DNA of 64,000 nucleotides from Catajapyx aquilonaris (Eukaryota), in assembly GCA_000934665.2 (NCBI GenBank), contig KZ538128.1:62001-126000 (forward strand). Direction: 5' to 3'. Positions 10,501 through 20,727 of this stretch are shown piece after piece (position 1 is the first letter of the stretch; every line of letters begins with the position of its first letter). The notes under the pieces are model-generated. The model saw nothing but the letters and a program-made list of their open reading frames with translations, searched no databases and was not told the origin of the DNA. Position numbers and translations under genes: made by a program.

Positions 10501-13500
10501 CTGCCTGCTTGACAAAAAGTATATCAATATGTAGCCTTGGCACCGCTGAACAAAGCAGTACATATGCACATGGCATGAATTACGTCACAGGACCGGCAGG
10601 CGAGCAGCAGTGATAAACATACACCCCCTCCCGAATGTAAACCTCCCTCGCGCCACAGCTGTTCAAAAATTCCGCGGGGCATGTGCCCCTCCATCCTGAC
10701 AGAGGCTGGCGGGGAGTTGCGCAGTGACCCGCCAGCAGCTAATTGGCATTTACGAACATTATTTATTTTAAAACTATTGAAATATCTCTTGCACTAATTT
10801 TAGGGTGGAATCTCTTGAGGAGGTTTGGGGGCAACTATGTATGGCAAAAATTTGTCGGCCAAGGTCGGATATTTAATTCTTTCTTTAAGTTTTTTTTTCA
10901 GCAGCCGAAAAAAGATGATTTCATTTAAGTTAATCTGGTTAATCCGGTTTATTGATGCAAGATTTTGTAGTCCAAATCTGCAATTTTTTTACACGAGAGA
11001 AAATTTAAAAAGCCACACAGAAACCACGTTACATAGTGGGAAAACGCTATAGTTTCGCCAGCAGAATTTTTTAAAGCCACCATATCAGCATATGATATGC
11101 CCGTCTTATTAGAGTTAAAGGCCATTTCCCAACTTTGGCAAGCCAGGTTTGGGGCAAATAATTGGCATGAGCAGGGTGTGGCCGAAAAAAAATAATCACC
11201 AAGGCAGGTGGAAAGTGGGCAGTTAGTTGGCCCAACAAATTCATAGTTCAAATTCAGAGATATGTTCCGCAAAGTATTTTTCTTAGATTAATGTTTCCCA
11301 ATGAAGTGGAAACTTTCTATTACAGAAAATATTCATGGATCCCAGACATATCACTCTAGACAGTTTCACTGTAGCAGTGTAGCTTGATAGCCCACTACAC
11401 AGAAAATTTGTCTCATTAGACAGCGGAACCTGACACTCTTTAGCTCAATGAAGTTGCATCCTTTTGACTCATTGACACCTTGTATCAGCATTTTTCCTCA
11501 CACACATTGAAGATGCAAGACCTTCCATGTTCCTGTAGCACTTAGCTCAAACTGCATGATTCCGTCATGATCGTGGTACTTTTCTTGGGCTTAAACAATA
11601 TTACAACACTATTGCATGTATGTTTATTAAAAATATTTAAAAGCAATGTGCTGCTCATGAAATGAAATTCCGTTCATTTAAAAAATCTATTCTAAAGAGG
11701 GTTTTCAAGGGATCCTCTTCACTAATAAAAAAAAACCTTTCAAGGAAATTTGCTATAGCATATTCAAAACAGTTTTCTCCTGCCCTCTCCTATATTGAAT
11801 TTTGAAGCTAAGGTCTGCGGAATACCAATGATATAACAGGAAGGCAAACAATGACTACCAATGTTATTGTAACACATACCATCAGCATACAAGTGAAACA
11901 CACTAAGTCCAAAAAACCAGTTTTGCGATGATCCAAGGCAAAGATTTGACCAGCTGATCTGGCATGGTCCATCCATTAGCAAGATAATATTAGTTAATTG
12001 AGGAGCTGGGAGCTGATTGTGGGTTATGAAACCACAAAATTACTGCAAGTTTTGTGGAGCCACAGACCAATGAACATTATTGTGGCTCTGCCATGGCCAA
12101 GTACACTCAGGTGTCACATGCATTTGGTTGCATCCTCTGGAGCATGAGAAGGAGCTGCGGCTGTAGGGAAGCCAACGCTTGCATCATGTACTACAGATCT
12201 TTCAATTTGACCTTGCATTGGTTTACATTGCTAGTTAAAATTTAAAAAATACTGGCTTGCTGGCTCAACATGAATCTTTAGCACTAAATAGACTTCATCA
12301 GGCAATAAAGAAGAAGAAAAATGGAACTTCATTATGTAAACACAAGTGCCACAATTGGACTTGGTGGATTTCTTATATGCCAGTGATATGTTCAACAGGT
12401 GTGAAACATATGTACCTCCATTTTTGATAAGTATCTCCAATACATCATCCACAATTTGGCTCTTCACATGTTTGGCACTTGTGTTGTTGCCTCCTGCGGA
12501 TTTCTCCTTTGCAGATGCTGTTGCAGCAGGAGTAACTGCTGATGCCCGAGTCCCCGTTGCCTGTGAAAATTTCTGGATTTATTTTCAACTTATATGACAC
12601 AAAGCATTTCATATGCAAACTAAAATGATTATCATCTTACCTCTACCTGAGCATGTAGCTGCTTTGTGGCTTCCTCATACTGAGGTGGAGGTTTTGCGGA
12701 AAGGGTACTCATCACATGTGGCTGAATCAAGCTCAGATTCAGCTGAGGCATTGTTGCCTGAGAGGTACTGGAAGTAGCTGTTGCAGAAGGAACTGGAGTT
12801 GTAGAGAGCGGAGGCTGTATTTGAGGTTGCTGAATAAATGCCCCAAAAAAATTAGGAAGAGAACCCGTCCTGCAAAGAAAACAAGCCAAAAAAGGGTCAC
12901 ACACTGCTTCTCAATTTTTTGTGTTCATGTGACAGTCAACACAAATGCTGCAAACCTTTGATGCCCAGTAAGCCCATTTGGTAAGGACCCACTTCTTTGT
13001 TTTTGAAGAGTGACCTGAGCAGGACACTGCAATGCTTGTGGTTGCACTTGTTGGGCTTGTGTCTGGTGTGGCTGCAAGGACTGATCCTTCCCTTTGGGCG
13101 CAGGCATTGCAGCAATCCAGGCTCGTTGCACAGGCTCAGCAGTAACAGTTGGTTGTACCAAAACAGGTGTCACCTTTGCATTTCCACTTTGCAGTTGTTG
13201 CTGTTGAAGTGTCTGAAGTTGAAGCAATGCCTGAAGTTGGCTCTGTAGCTGCTGTTGTTGAATTCGGTGCTGTAGGTGTTGCTGAAGCACCAAGCGCTGA
13301 TGCTGCTTTGGATCTCCCACTGTTGCAGATGTACCAGCAGCCACCCCATTGGCAGTGCTTCCGCCATTTGTTTCCTTCTCCCTTTCCTTCTGACGAATAG
13401 CCTGCAATTGCTGCTGAGATCGCTGCAGCTCCCTTTGAAGCTCATCAATCCGCCTCTGCTGCTGCTGGATAATTTCTTCACTAACCAGTTGCAATGATGG

Positions 13501-16500
13501 GAGGCGAACAGCTGGAGTAGACAACTGTGGTGGGGGTGGGGGCAGTGGAGGGGGTGGGGGTGCTGCTGCCTCGCTTGTGTCCATAGAGCAATCCATATCA
13601 ACATCCATATCCATTGCTACTACACTAGCTGGGCGGCTTGTTGAAGGCTGTGACGTCCCGGCATGAGAACCAAGGCTGTCCTGACTACTTGAGTCCACAA
13701 CCATTGCTGACATCACCACAGGAGGCTCTGATTTAGGAGTAACAGAGCGTTCTGCAGGAGCTGCAAGACATACACCAGTGACATTTCTCAAGGCACCATA
13801 TGTGCACCAAAAACTGGTGGACACGTTCATATACTTACTGGATAACACTTCTTCTGTAGCGGTCATGGAACTCAGCACTATGGGTGACATAGTAACAGGT
13901 ATGGCATGAATGCTAGTCACACCAGTCATGCTAGGTGCAGGACTGGTAGTACTGGTAACAACTACACTTGTAACATTGGTGGCTGAAGAAGTAGATTCAG
14001 ACTGGGCCGGGGGAGATGGGACAGAGCCTTCACCAAACTGCTTCAGCCGCTCAATAAGCTGAGGCTTTGATCCTGACACAGGCAGGTTGCGCTTTTTCAA
14101 TTCAGCCTTCAAATCACTCACTGCAACACATTGTAACATGATATAACCTGAAGTTGACATCAAGAGATGCAAAACAGTACCTTTCATGTCTTCCAATTTC
14201 CCGAGCGCACGTGTCACCTCAGGTGCCACATTGCAAGTCACTAGTGGTGGTGTAACAATGGCCTGTGCTGGTTGAATTCCCACTGAATTTGTGGCAGCAG
14301 TTGTTGTGACAGCAATCAGGCTGGGCAGTGGTGTAGATGAGGTGCTGCCACTGCTTTCCAAGGCAGAAGCAGTGGTGGCCATAGAGGCAGCAGTTGGCTT
14401 TTGAGCAGCAGGAAGAATAATCTGTGGGTACTGCAAGTAAGTATTTTCTTCAGAACGAGGCATGCTGATTAGGTGCATTAACGTTGCACGCAAATAATAT
14501 ACACAATGCCACAGACCAATAGCAATTAGCATGCTTAATTGTTTAAGTACTGTCAGAAAATGTCATGATTAGTCTGGAAAAAAATCCAAATATCAAATAC
14601 CACAAGAGCAGTTATGACAATGCCAAACTATATTATAATATTATGTCTTGAAACCATGTATAGTAAAAGTGTGATGTGTCATTGCATAAAAAATAACCTT
14701 TGAGAAAAGATCACATGTCTTACATTGTGAATTAGTGAGTCAAGACTTCACTATGACTACACACTCACCTTATGTTGCAACTGGAGCTGCCACTGCAGGA
14801 ACAACTGTTGCTGTTGAAGCAGAAGCTCATAGGAAGTTTCCACTGGACTACTGTTTATTTGCTGATTCTTTTGAGCACTTGGTGGCCCCTTGTACTCATG
14901 GAACTTGATAGTACGTGTCTTTGGCTGCGACTTTGTCTTTGATTTCTTTCGATTTTTGCTCTGGTCACTCCGCACAATCCCACTCGTCCCACCCCCACTG
15001 CCACCTTCCGTCTTCACCACTGCCATTGTTCGACTGACCAGCGGGGGTGCCACAAATGCAGGCGAGGCTGCCGCTGCCACACTGGGCGGGGATGCAACGG
15101 AACTCAAGGGGCTCAAGCTAGAGGTGGTGGAGCCAAGGCTTGGGCTGGGTGCAGCTGTTGCAGTCAATGAGGCTGCAGACTCAATTCCAACTCCTGTTGA
15201 GGGCACACTGTCTACCACATAAGGCAGTCCCAGAGAGACCAGAGTTGGTGTTGGAGCTGGTGTTGGCACCTGCTCCAGCCCTTCTTGAAGAGGAGACAGT
15301 GCTCCTTCTGAACTGGAGTCTTCCTCAAAGCTGATGTACATGTTGGGATGGGGCGGTTTCATGGCCTGTCCCTCACATGTGGCTTTGAAAGAAATCTGTC
15401 CCTCTGAAAAATGGGGATAAGTGACGATCATTCTTGTTTGCATATCAAATTTCACCATTGTTTCAGACTGTTTACATTCCATGTTGCAGGCCTAACTGCA
15501 GCAGTGTTAGTGAAGCTTAACAAAAGCAGGCTACTGAATACCCGAGTATGTTGAATGGCATTTTTCTGACTCGGCATGCATAATCTTATCACCTGTTCTA
15601 TTTCTTCCTCTCAAACTGTATCTGAACATGAATTAAGAGTACAGTAGGTCCCAATTATTCATGGATAATTGGTTCCAAGCCCTCCCATGTACAAGTTAAA
15701 CCAGCAGATAAACTGAAATCTTAATAATACATGTTTTTAAATCTACATACATACCTACGATATGTTCCATTTACAAATTACACAATTAAGACATCAACTA
15801 AAACAATAAACAAGAAAAAAAATAGCTACAACAATGCAATACTGTAGTGTAATAAAATATATACAGGAGGAAGAGAAACTCGCGCTCAATCAACAGGTAG
15901 ACCTACAGTACTCGCAGAACTAATATAGGGATGTGCAGTTAGTTTTTGGCTCTGTTGTGTAGTTAATGCGTATGGCACCCTTAAAGTGTAGAGGGCTGGA
16001 TGGTGGAATATGAGGCAAAAATGACGAAGTGCATGGGTGTCGTACCCGGATTCTTACTCGGACAGAATTTGATCGCCTTTTGCCCATGGTCGATGTGTTA
16101 TGGGACCAAAGCAAGGGACCGGAGGCCCTCGAACTGACTTTTGCTTCTTAGAAGCTGGCGGAACGGATGTTATGTCACGAAACTTTGACGGAGCCGTAGG
16201 CATTAACTACGCAACGGAGACCAGAACCAATTGCACATCCCCATATTAGTTTTACGAGTACTATCAGTCTACCTGGAGACTGGGTGCGAGTTTCCCTTCA
16301 CCCTGTATAGTCTACTTGTGGTGCAGCTCAATTTACGAATTTCAGATATCTACAAAAACAATATTAGCAATGAAATATAGTAGTTATAACAATACAGTAC
16401 TGCACTGCAACAAAAACGCATGTTGGATTTTTCAATTTAATACTGTAGTTTGATTTAAAATTTATTCCACATTTTCAAACTGCAGCTAACTGAAAGAATG

Positions 16501-19500
16501 GATAACTGGCTCACTGTATGCCTGACAAGTGTATCAACAGTTCAAAAAGAATTGTCCCGCCGCGTCGAGTGGGCAGCCGTGCGTCAGGATGAAAGGAACC
16601 TGTTAACTGGTGCCTTTCATCCTGACGCGTAGCTGCCCGCTCGACGCGACGGGACAATTCTTTTTGAACTGTTGATACATGAAAATAAGATTTTTTTGTA
16701 AACTACTGTACTAATAATCATAACCTCTTACAGAGATGAAGACATTAAGTAAATAAGGTAGATCTAGTCTTCAGTGAATGTGACGGTTTTTAAGGCCTTA
16801 GTAATGTTTTGTAATCACAACTTTGTAATTTTAAAAATCCTCAGCTGATGTGCTTGTGCACTGAAAGAGCAAAGCAAGTGCTGAAAATAATAATAATGAA
16901 TAGATTTGAAAGGGCCATATTAGCAAAACACCGTAAGGCAAGGTTGATCAGGTCTTGACTAAGGTCTGGGGACGGAAGTCTGTGGTTTTACTGTAGCTGT
17001 GGGGACCAGTTCCAATTGTGGGGACATTTGTCGGTCCCCACAGTCTCACACACGCGAAGTGTACCATTACAGTGGGGACATGTGTAAATTAGTGGGGACA
17101 TGTCCCCACTATTTTCATTTGTAGGGTTTCACAAAAGTCCATTTTTCTCAGCCTAGGTTACTTAGGGTAGGGTAGGTTAGGTAGGNNNNNNNNNNNNNNN
17201 NNNNNNNNNNNNNNNNNNNNNNNNNNNNNNNNNNNNNNNNNNNNNNNNNNNNNNNNNGGGGGGGAATGGTGGTGGTGTGTATGCCTGTATTTTCACATAA
17301 CTGGGGCATGGACAACTACATGGTGGCCAAGCCTCACCTGGTACTTCTTAAATGGACTCTATGTCAGGAATAAAGACTATACTAAGGAATAGGTTGGTCA
17401 CAGTTACAGGTATGTTTTACCCAGCTGCTACCTGAAGCACCGAGAGCAAATCAAAAATATTGCTTCCAGATTGTAACTCCTCATTGTAATTATAATTTAG
17501 GTGCCCATGTTGTTCCTTGGGAATAGAAAAATCGTCCAATTCTAACATAACACCTTCCTTCGTGCCATCATCTTACCAAAAAAATTTAAGGTCTTATCTA
17601 AACACTGCACATGGTGGCCTGGTTAAAATGTTTCGTCTTCTGATCCACTTTTGTGATTTTGCCTTGGGGGNGGGGGAATGACCTTACCTTGCATGGTGCA
17701 GGCACGCTTGAATGATTAATAAAGTACCAAATTATAATACTGGTCATATCCTATTGGACTGACACAAAAGGGATATTGAATTTTTCCCAACACGACTTTA
17801 GAATATTTCAACTTTTTTGTCCAAACAGTTATCGGAAAATTGCACGTAGCTGCTACTTTGTAAGCAGTGACTTGCAACCGGTGATTTGTTGGAGGAATGG
17901 GGAATGGGGAAAAAGAGGGTATCACATCCCATGGCATGTGTGACCCTCAATTTTCAGCGGGCAGCACGTATGCCACTTCAACCTACGATTCGCAGGGAAT
18001 ATTCCCCGTTCCTCCGAAAAATCACCGCTTGCAAGTCACTGCTTACAAAGTAGCAGCTACGTGCAATTTTCTGATAACTGTTCGGACAAAAAAATTGAAA
18101 CACAATGTACGTATAATAATTATAATAATGGATACCCTGTGATAAGCCTCCTTGGGCTTTTTAGGGGATCATCCCTGCGCTGCGATGGATTTTGATAGTG
18201 GGAGGAAATGGGAGAACCCCGACAAAACCCACGTGAACACGGAGAGAGCCCATCGAAACTCTATCCACATAAGTGAATGTAGGATAAGAATTTTTTTTAA
18301 AGCCATACTCCACAAAGCAGGTCCATATTTAAATAAATATAAAGAACACATGATGCTGATATTCAACTTGCTTGATTCTTAATGCAACATATTTGGCATC
18401 AAATGCACCAGTCATACTAGCATCTTTGTCTAATTTGAGCTTATAAACCTATTCATATCTTCTGTGCTTCTCACTGAACTTATAGAAAATGTGTGCAACT
18501 TTAAAACGTGTAGCATGGATTTATGTACGTAGCACTGCCCCCGCCAGGAATCGAACCTGGATCCACACTCAACAGGTGAGTTGCTCTACCACTGAGCTAC
18601 AAGAGCGTCAGCTTGTACAGCTTCACCATGCCATTTAGCCCCACAAAACTATGTTTCACTCACATCCACCTTATAATAACTGTGACATAATTGGTATATG
18701 AAGTTTATTTTAATACAATATGCACCAAATTCATGTAATTGCATTTTACTGACATTGTAAACTATATTAAAGTTTGCATAAATAAAAATGTTACTTTTAA
18801 AAGCTGATTGCCCAATAAGAAGCACAGTTCATACTCTCGTAGCTGTCATGTGAAATGACACATCCCTTCATCCTAGTTTATGGAGTGGGACGTGAAAATT
18901 ATGCTCAAGTTCCTATGGCATCTCATGTCTGAGGCCACTAGACAGTTGCCCTTTACATCTGCATATTTGTAGAACTATTATGTTCATCTTGGGAGAATCA
19001 TTTAAGTCTCTCATTGGCACCCTTTTAAGTCAGGTTTTAGAGACATGTGGCTGATTGGCCCACACCCATTTAAAAGGCCTGAAAAATAGGCCTTTTAAAG
19101 AAACACGCCATTCAAAAAACAAGTTTGGCTCTAAAAATCGGGCAAAAAATCCTGAATCCGACAGTGCAATTTGTTTTTCGCTACGCGGAACTGTAATCCA
19201 AGGGCGAGGTGTCAAAGTCTGTCGTTTGCTAATGAGCGGCGCCCCCATGCGGAGAACAGGGGAACTGGAGGGCTGCACCGCTCTGGGATGGGCCTAAGCG
19301 CACGGGCAGGCGGGAGCAGCCCTCCAGTTCCCAAGGTCCCGAGGGCGTCGCTGGTGGACGGCCAGCTTCTAGCGCACTATTTGAATTTCCCCACCTTCAC
19401 CTCTCGCCATGGGATTACCATTCCGCGTAGCGAAAAACGGATTGCACTTTCGGATTGATGATTTTTTGCCCGATTTTTAGAGCCAAACTTGTTTTTCGAG

Positions 19501-20703
19501 TGGAGTGTCCCTTTAAATGGGTGTGGTCCAATCCCTTAGCAATCATAATTATGTCTGCAGGCACACAGAAATTCTGTACCATTAGCATTTTCTTAAATAT
19601 GTACCTAAAACTCAGTACATGACAGCTGGCTTCAGGTACTACTTCCAATTCCATACCATTATTAAATTACCCATATAAGAGCTGAGATTGGGGGGGGGGG
19701 GGGGGGGNAGAGAGATATGTTTTCATTTCAAAGCAGCATCTAACATTCACATTGAGAAAAGTTATGAGTATTAGAATTGAATTAGATCAGCACTCAACAA
19801 CCACTCCAGAGCATGTTAGTAAGAAAATTATGTTTACCATAGCAATAACTTTAAGATTTACCGCTACCACTATGCAGTTGAAAGCTGAAACCTGGGACAC
19901 ATTTGAAAAAATTTCAAATTTCAAATGAGGTGTTACTAAAATAGCCAAAAAATGGCAATCAACATTCCAACCTTAACCCCTTGCATTCTGTAACTATGAT
20001 CTACCTGATCCAGAAATATTTTGTATGCTCACCTTTGACAGCTCTCTCCATGGACTCATCTGTATGAAGAATGTTCTTCTGGATTAGCTCCAGAGGACCG
20101 GGTCGATGGGAGAGCTGATCATTGAGAGAATCCGCCAACCTGGCCTTCTTCAGCATTCTTTGCCGTTCTGCCAGAGAAGGGTCCACTTTTCCAGTGTCCT
20201 CCAGGATGTGTTGCCGCACCAATTCTTGGCGATCTGGTCGCCGCTGAATCTTTGCTTTCAGCAAGTCACCCATTTTTGCCCTCTCCAGACGCTGTCGTTG
20301 CTCTGCATATGCTGGTGGAGTCTTCAAAGCTGTTTGCAAACATCAAAAATTGCTGCCTATGCTACATATGTACAGACCACACCATCGGGACATGGTTTCC
20401 AACTTACGCGGTAATATGCCTTGCTCCACCAGCTGACTTATGGGTCGTCGAAGCATCAGCTTGACCTTTAAAGCTAGAAACGGGTAACGGGACAATGATG
20501 GTGACTTTGTCATGAGAAAATTAAAGGTATTTCTATTTCTTACATTCTTTGTTTTTATCCATGGCTTTTTGAAGTGGGGAATCGTCCACCTCAGCTTTTG
20601 GGGGAGACAAAGGAATGACGGGAGGGGGAGGGGGCTGGGGGGAACCGCCCCCACTACTGCCCCCTCCCCCAGAGACCCCGCTGCTACTGCCTCCTTCGGC
20701 CAT
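6658..20703 (-). CDS. Mrtf: Myocardin-related transcription factor (SRF co-activator), 10 core coding exons, ~1241 aa
   Basis: Join of 20703-20544, 20473-20408, 20329-20033, 15403-14769, 14430-14181, 14120-13839, 13760-12956, 12869-12641, 12560-12416 and 7514-6658 gives 3726 nt, all GT-AG and phase-consistent. The domain order RPEL x3, B1, Q, SAP, coiled coil, acidic TAD is diagnostic of the myocardin family. Confidence 0.95.
9050..9754. mobile_element. Non-autonomous Tc1/mariner foldback element, copy 2 (in the last Mrtf intron)
   Basis: TA-flanked ends CTGGGTGATCGAAAAAGAA / TTCTTTTTCGTTCACCTTG. The minus strand reads PKSPDLTPMDFF then, in a shifted frame, WRYLYGEKIRHLQHLQEKI, resembling the Tc1/mariner PxSPDLxPxDFFLWGYLK C-terminal motif. 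Confidence 0.8.
12416..12560 (-). CDS. Mrtf: Mrtf exon (conserved SQIVDDVLEILIKNG motif)
   Basis: Acceptor TTTTCACAG| and donor G|GTACAT. The motif resembles the myocardin-family 'SQxMDDLxDILIxxGE' segment. Confidence 0.9.
12641..12869 (-). CDS. Mrtf: Mrtf exon containing PPPQY (PPxY)
   Basis: Acceptor TTTGCAG| and donor GAG|GTAAGA, with an alternative CAG|GTAGAG 6 nt upstream. Confidence 0.88.
12956..13760 (-). CDS. Mrtf: Mrtf exon with coiled-coil/leucine-zipper-like and Q-rich regions
   Basis: Encodes EEIIQQQQRRIDELQRELQRSQQQLQAIR. Acceptor TCTTGCAG| and donor AG|GTTTGC. Confidence 0.88.
13839..14120 (-). CDS. Mrtf: Mrtf exon with most of the SAP domain
   Basis: Encodes VSDLKAELKKRNLPVSGSKPQLIERLK. 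Acceptor GTTGCAG| and donor A|GTAAGT. Confidence 0.9.
14181..14430 (-). CDS. Mrtf: Mrtf exon (YPQIILPA...LEDMK)
   Basis: Acceptor TTGCAG|TAC and donor G|GTACTG. Splicing yields the canonical SAP start LEDMKVSDLK. Confidence 0.9.
14769..15403 (-). CDS. Mrtf: Mrtf exon with B1 basic box and Q-rich region
   Basis: Encodes KNRKKSKTKSQPKTRTIKFHEYKGPP and YELLLQQQQLFLQWQLQ. Acceptor TTTTCAG| and donor AAG|GTGAGT. Confidence 0.92.
15642..16516. mobile_element. Degenerate pogo/Tigger-like MITE hosting a younger insertion
   Basis: TA|CAGTAGGTCCCAATTATTCATGGATAATTGGTTCCAAG ... GGATAACTGGCTCACTG|TA ends. The match between the two ends is only partial. Confidence 0.4.
15864..16305. mobile_element. Tc1/mariner-type MITE with ~115-bp degenerate TIRs
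   Basis: TA|CAGGAGGAAGAGAAACTCGCGC...GGGATGTGCAGTTAG is mirrored by CAATTGCACATCCCC...GCGAGTTTCCCTTCACCCTG|TA. Confidence 0.7.
16530..16679. repeat. 150-bp near-perfect palindrome (foldback MITE-like)
   Basis: TGTATCAACAGTTCAAAAAGAATTGTCCCG...GATGAAAGG is mirrored by CCTTTCATC...CGGGACAATTCTTTTTGAACTGTTGATACA. Confidence 0.85.
17186..17257. other. Assembly gap (72 N)
   Basis: Run of N bases in the sequence. Confidence 1.
17806..18100. repeat. Inverted repeat with ~100-bp arms (MITE-like)
   Basis: AAAATTGCACGTAGCTGCTACTTTGTAAGCAGTGACTTGCAA and its reverse complement flank a ~95-bp spacer. This explains the mirror-image ORFs 17716-17937 and 17897-18142. Confidence 0.85.
18165..18275 (-). mobile_element. 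Truncated SINE fragment related to the SINE at 60297-60521
   Basis: Shares GGGAGGAAATG.GAGAACCC.GA.AAAACCCACG...CCCATC.AAAC...TCCAC.TAAGTG with ~60367-60441. Confidence 0.6.
18536..18606 (-). pseudogene. tRNA-like sequence (pseudo-tRNA or SINE head)
   Basis: Minus strand reads GCTCTTG-TA-GCTCAGTGGTAGAGC-A-ACTCA-CCTGT-TGAGT-GTGGAT-CCAGG-TTCGATT-CCTGG-CGGGGGC-A. D and T arms are intact, the acceptor stem has three G-U pairs, and the anticodon loop is non-canonical. Confidence 0.6.
19099..19512. mobile_element. TTAA-flanked MITE (Kolobok- or piggyBac-type target) with ~120-bp imperfect TIRs
   Basis: TTAA at 19095-19098 and 19513-19516. Arms include AAAAACAAGTTTGGCTCTAAAAATCGGGCAAAAAATC and GATTTTTTGCCCGATTTTTAGAGCCAAACTTGTTTTT. 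Confidence 0.8.
20033..20329 (-). CDS. Mrtf: Mrtf exon with RPEL2 and RPEL3 actin-binding motifs
   Basis: Encodes LKAKIQRRPDRQELVRQHIL and LNDQLSHRPGPLELIQKNIL, with MLKKARL between them. Donor G|GTGAGC. Confidence 0.95.
20408..20473 (-). CDS. Mrtf: Mrtf exon encoding RPEL1
   Basis: Encodes SLKVKLMLRRPISQLVEQGILP. Acceptor TTTCTAG| and donor C|GTAAGT. Confidence 0.93.
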
Positions 20704-20727
20704 ACCAGTCAGGTTCAGATTGCAGTC
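20544..20727 (-). CDS. Mrtf: Mrtf exon containing the core ATG (20703) plus 24 in-frame nt upstream
   Basis: Acceptor TTTTGAACAG| at 20728. Reads DCNLNLTG-MAEGGSSSG...PPKAEVDDSPLQKAMDKNKE. Donor T|GTAAGA. Confidence 0.85.

Noticed and set aside
12925..14532. 535-aa ORF as a single-exon gene
   Set aside because: It is three Mrtf exons read through two stop-free introns plus intronic flanks. Splicing restores the canonical SAP domain.
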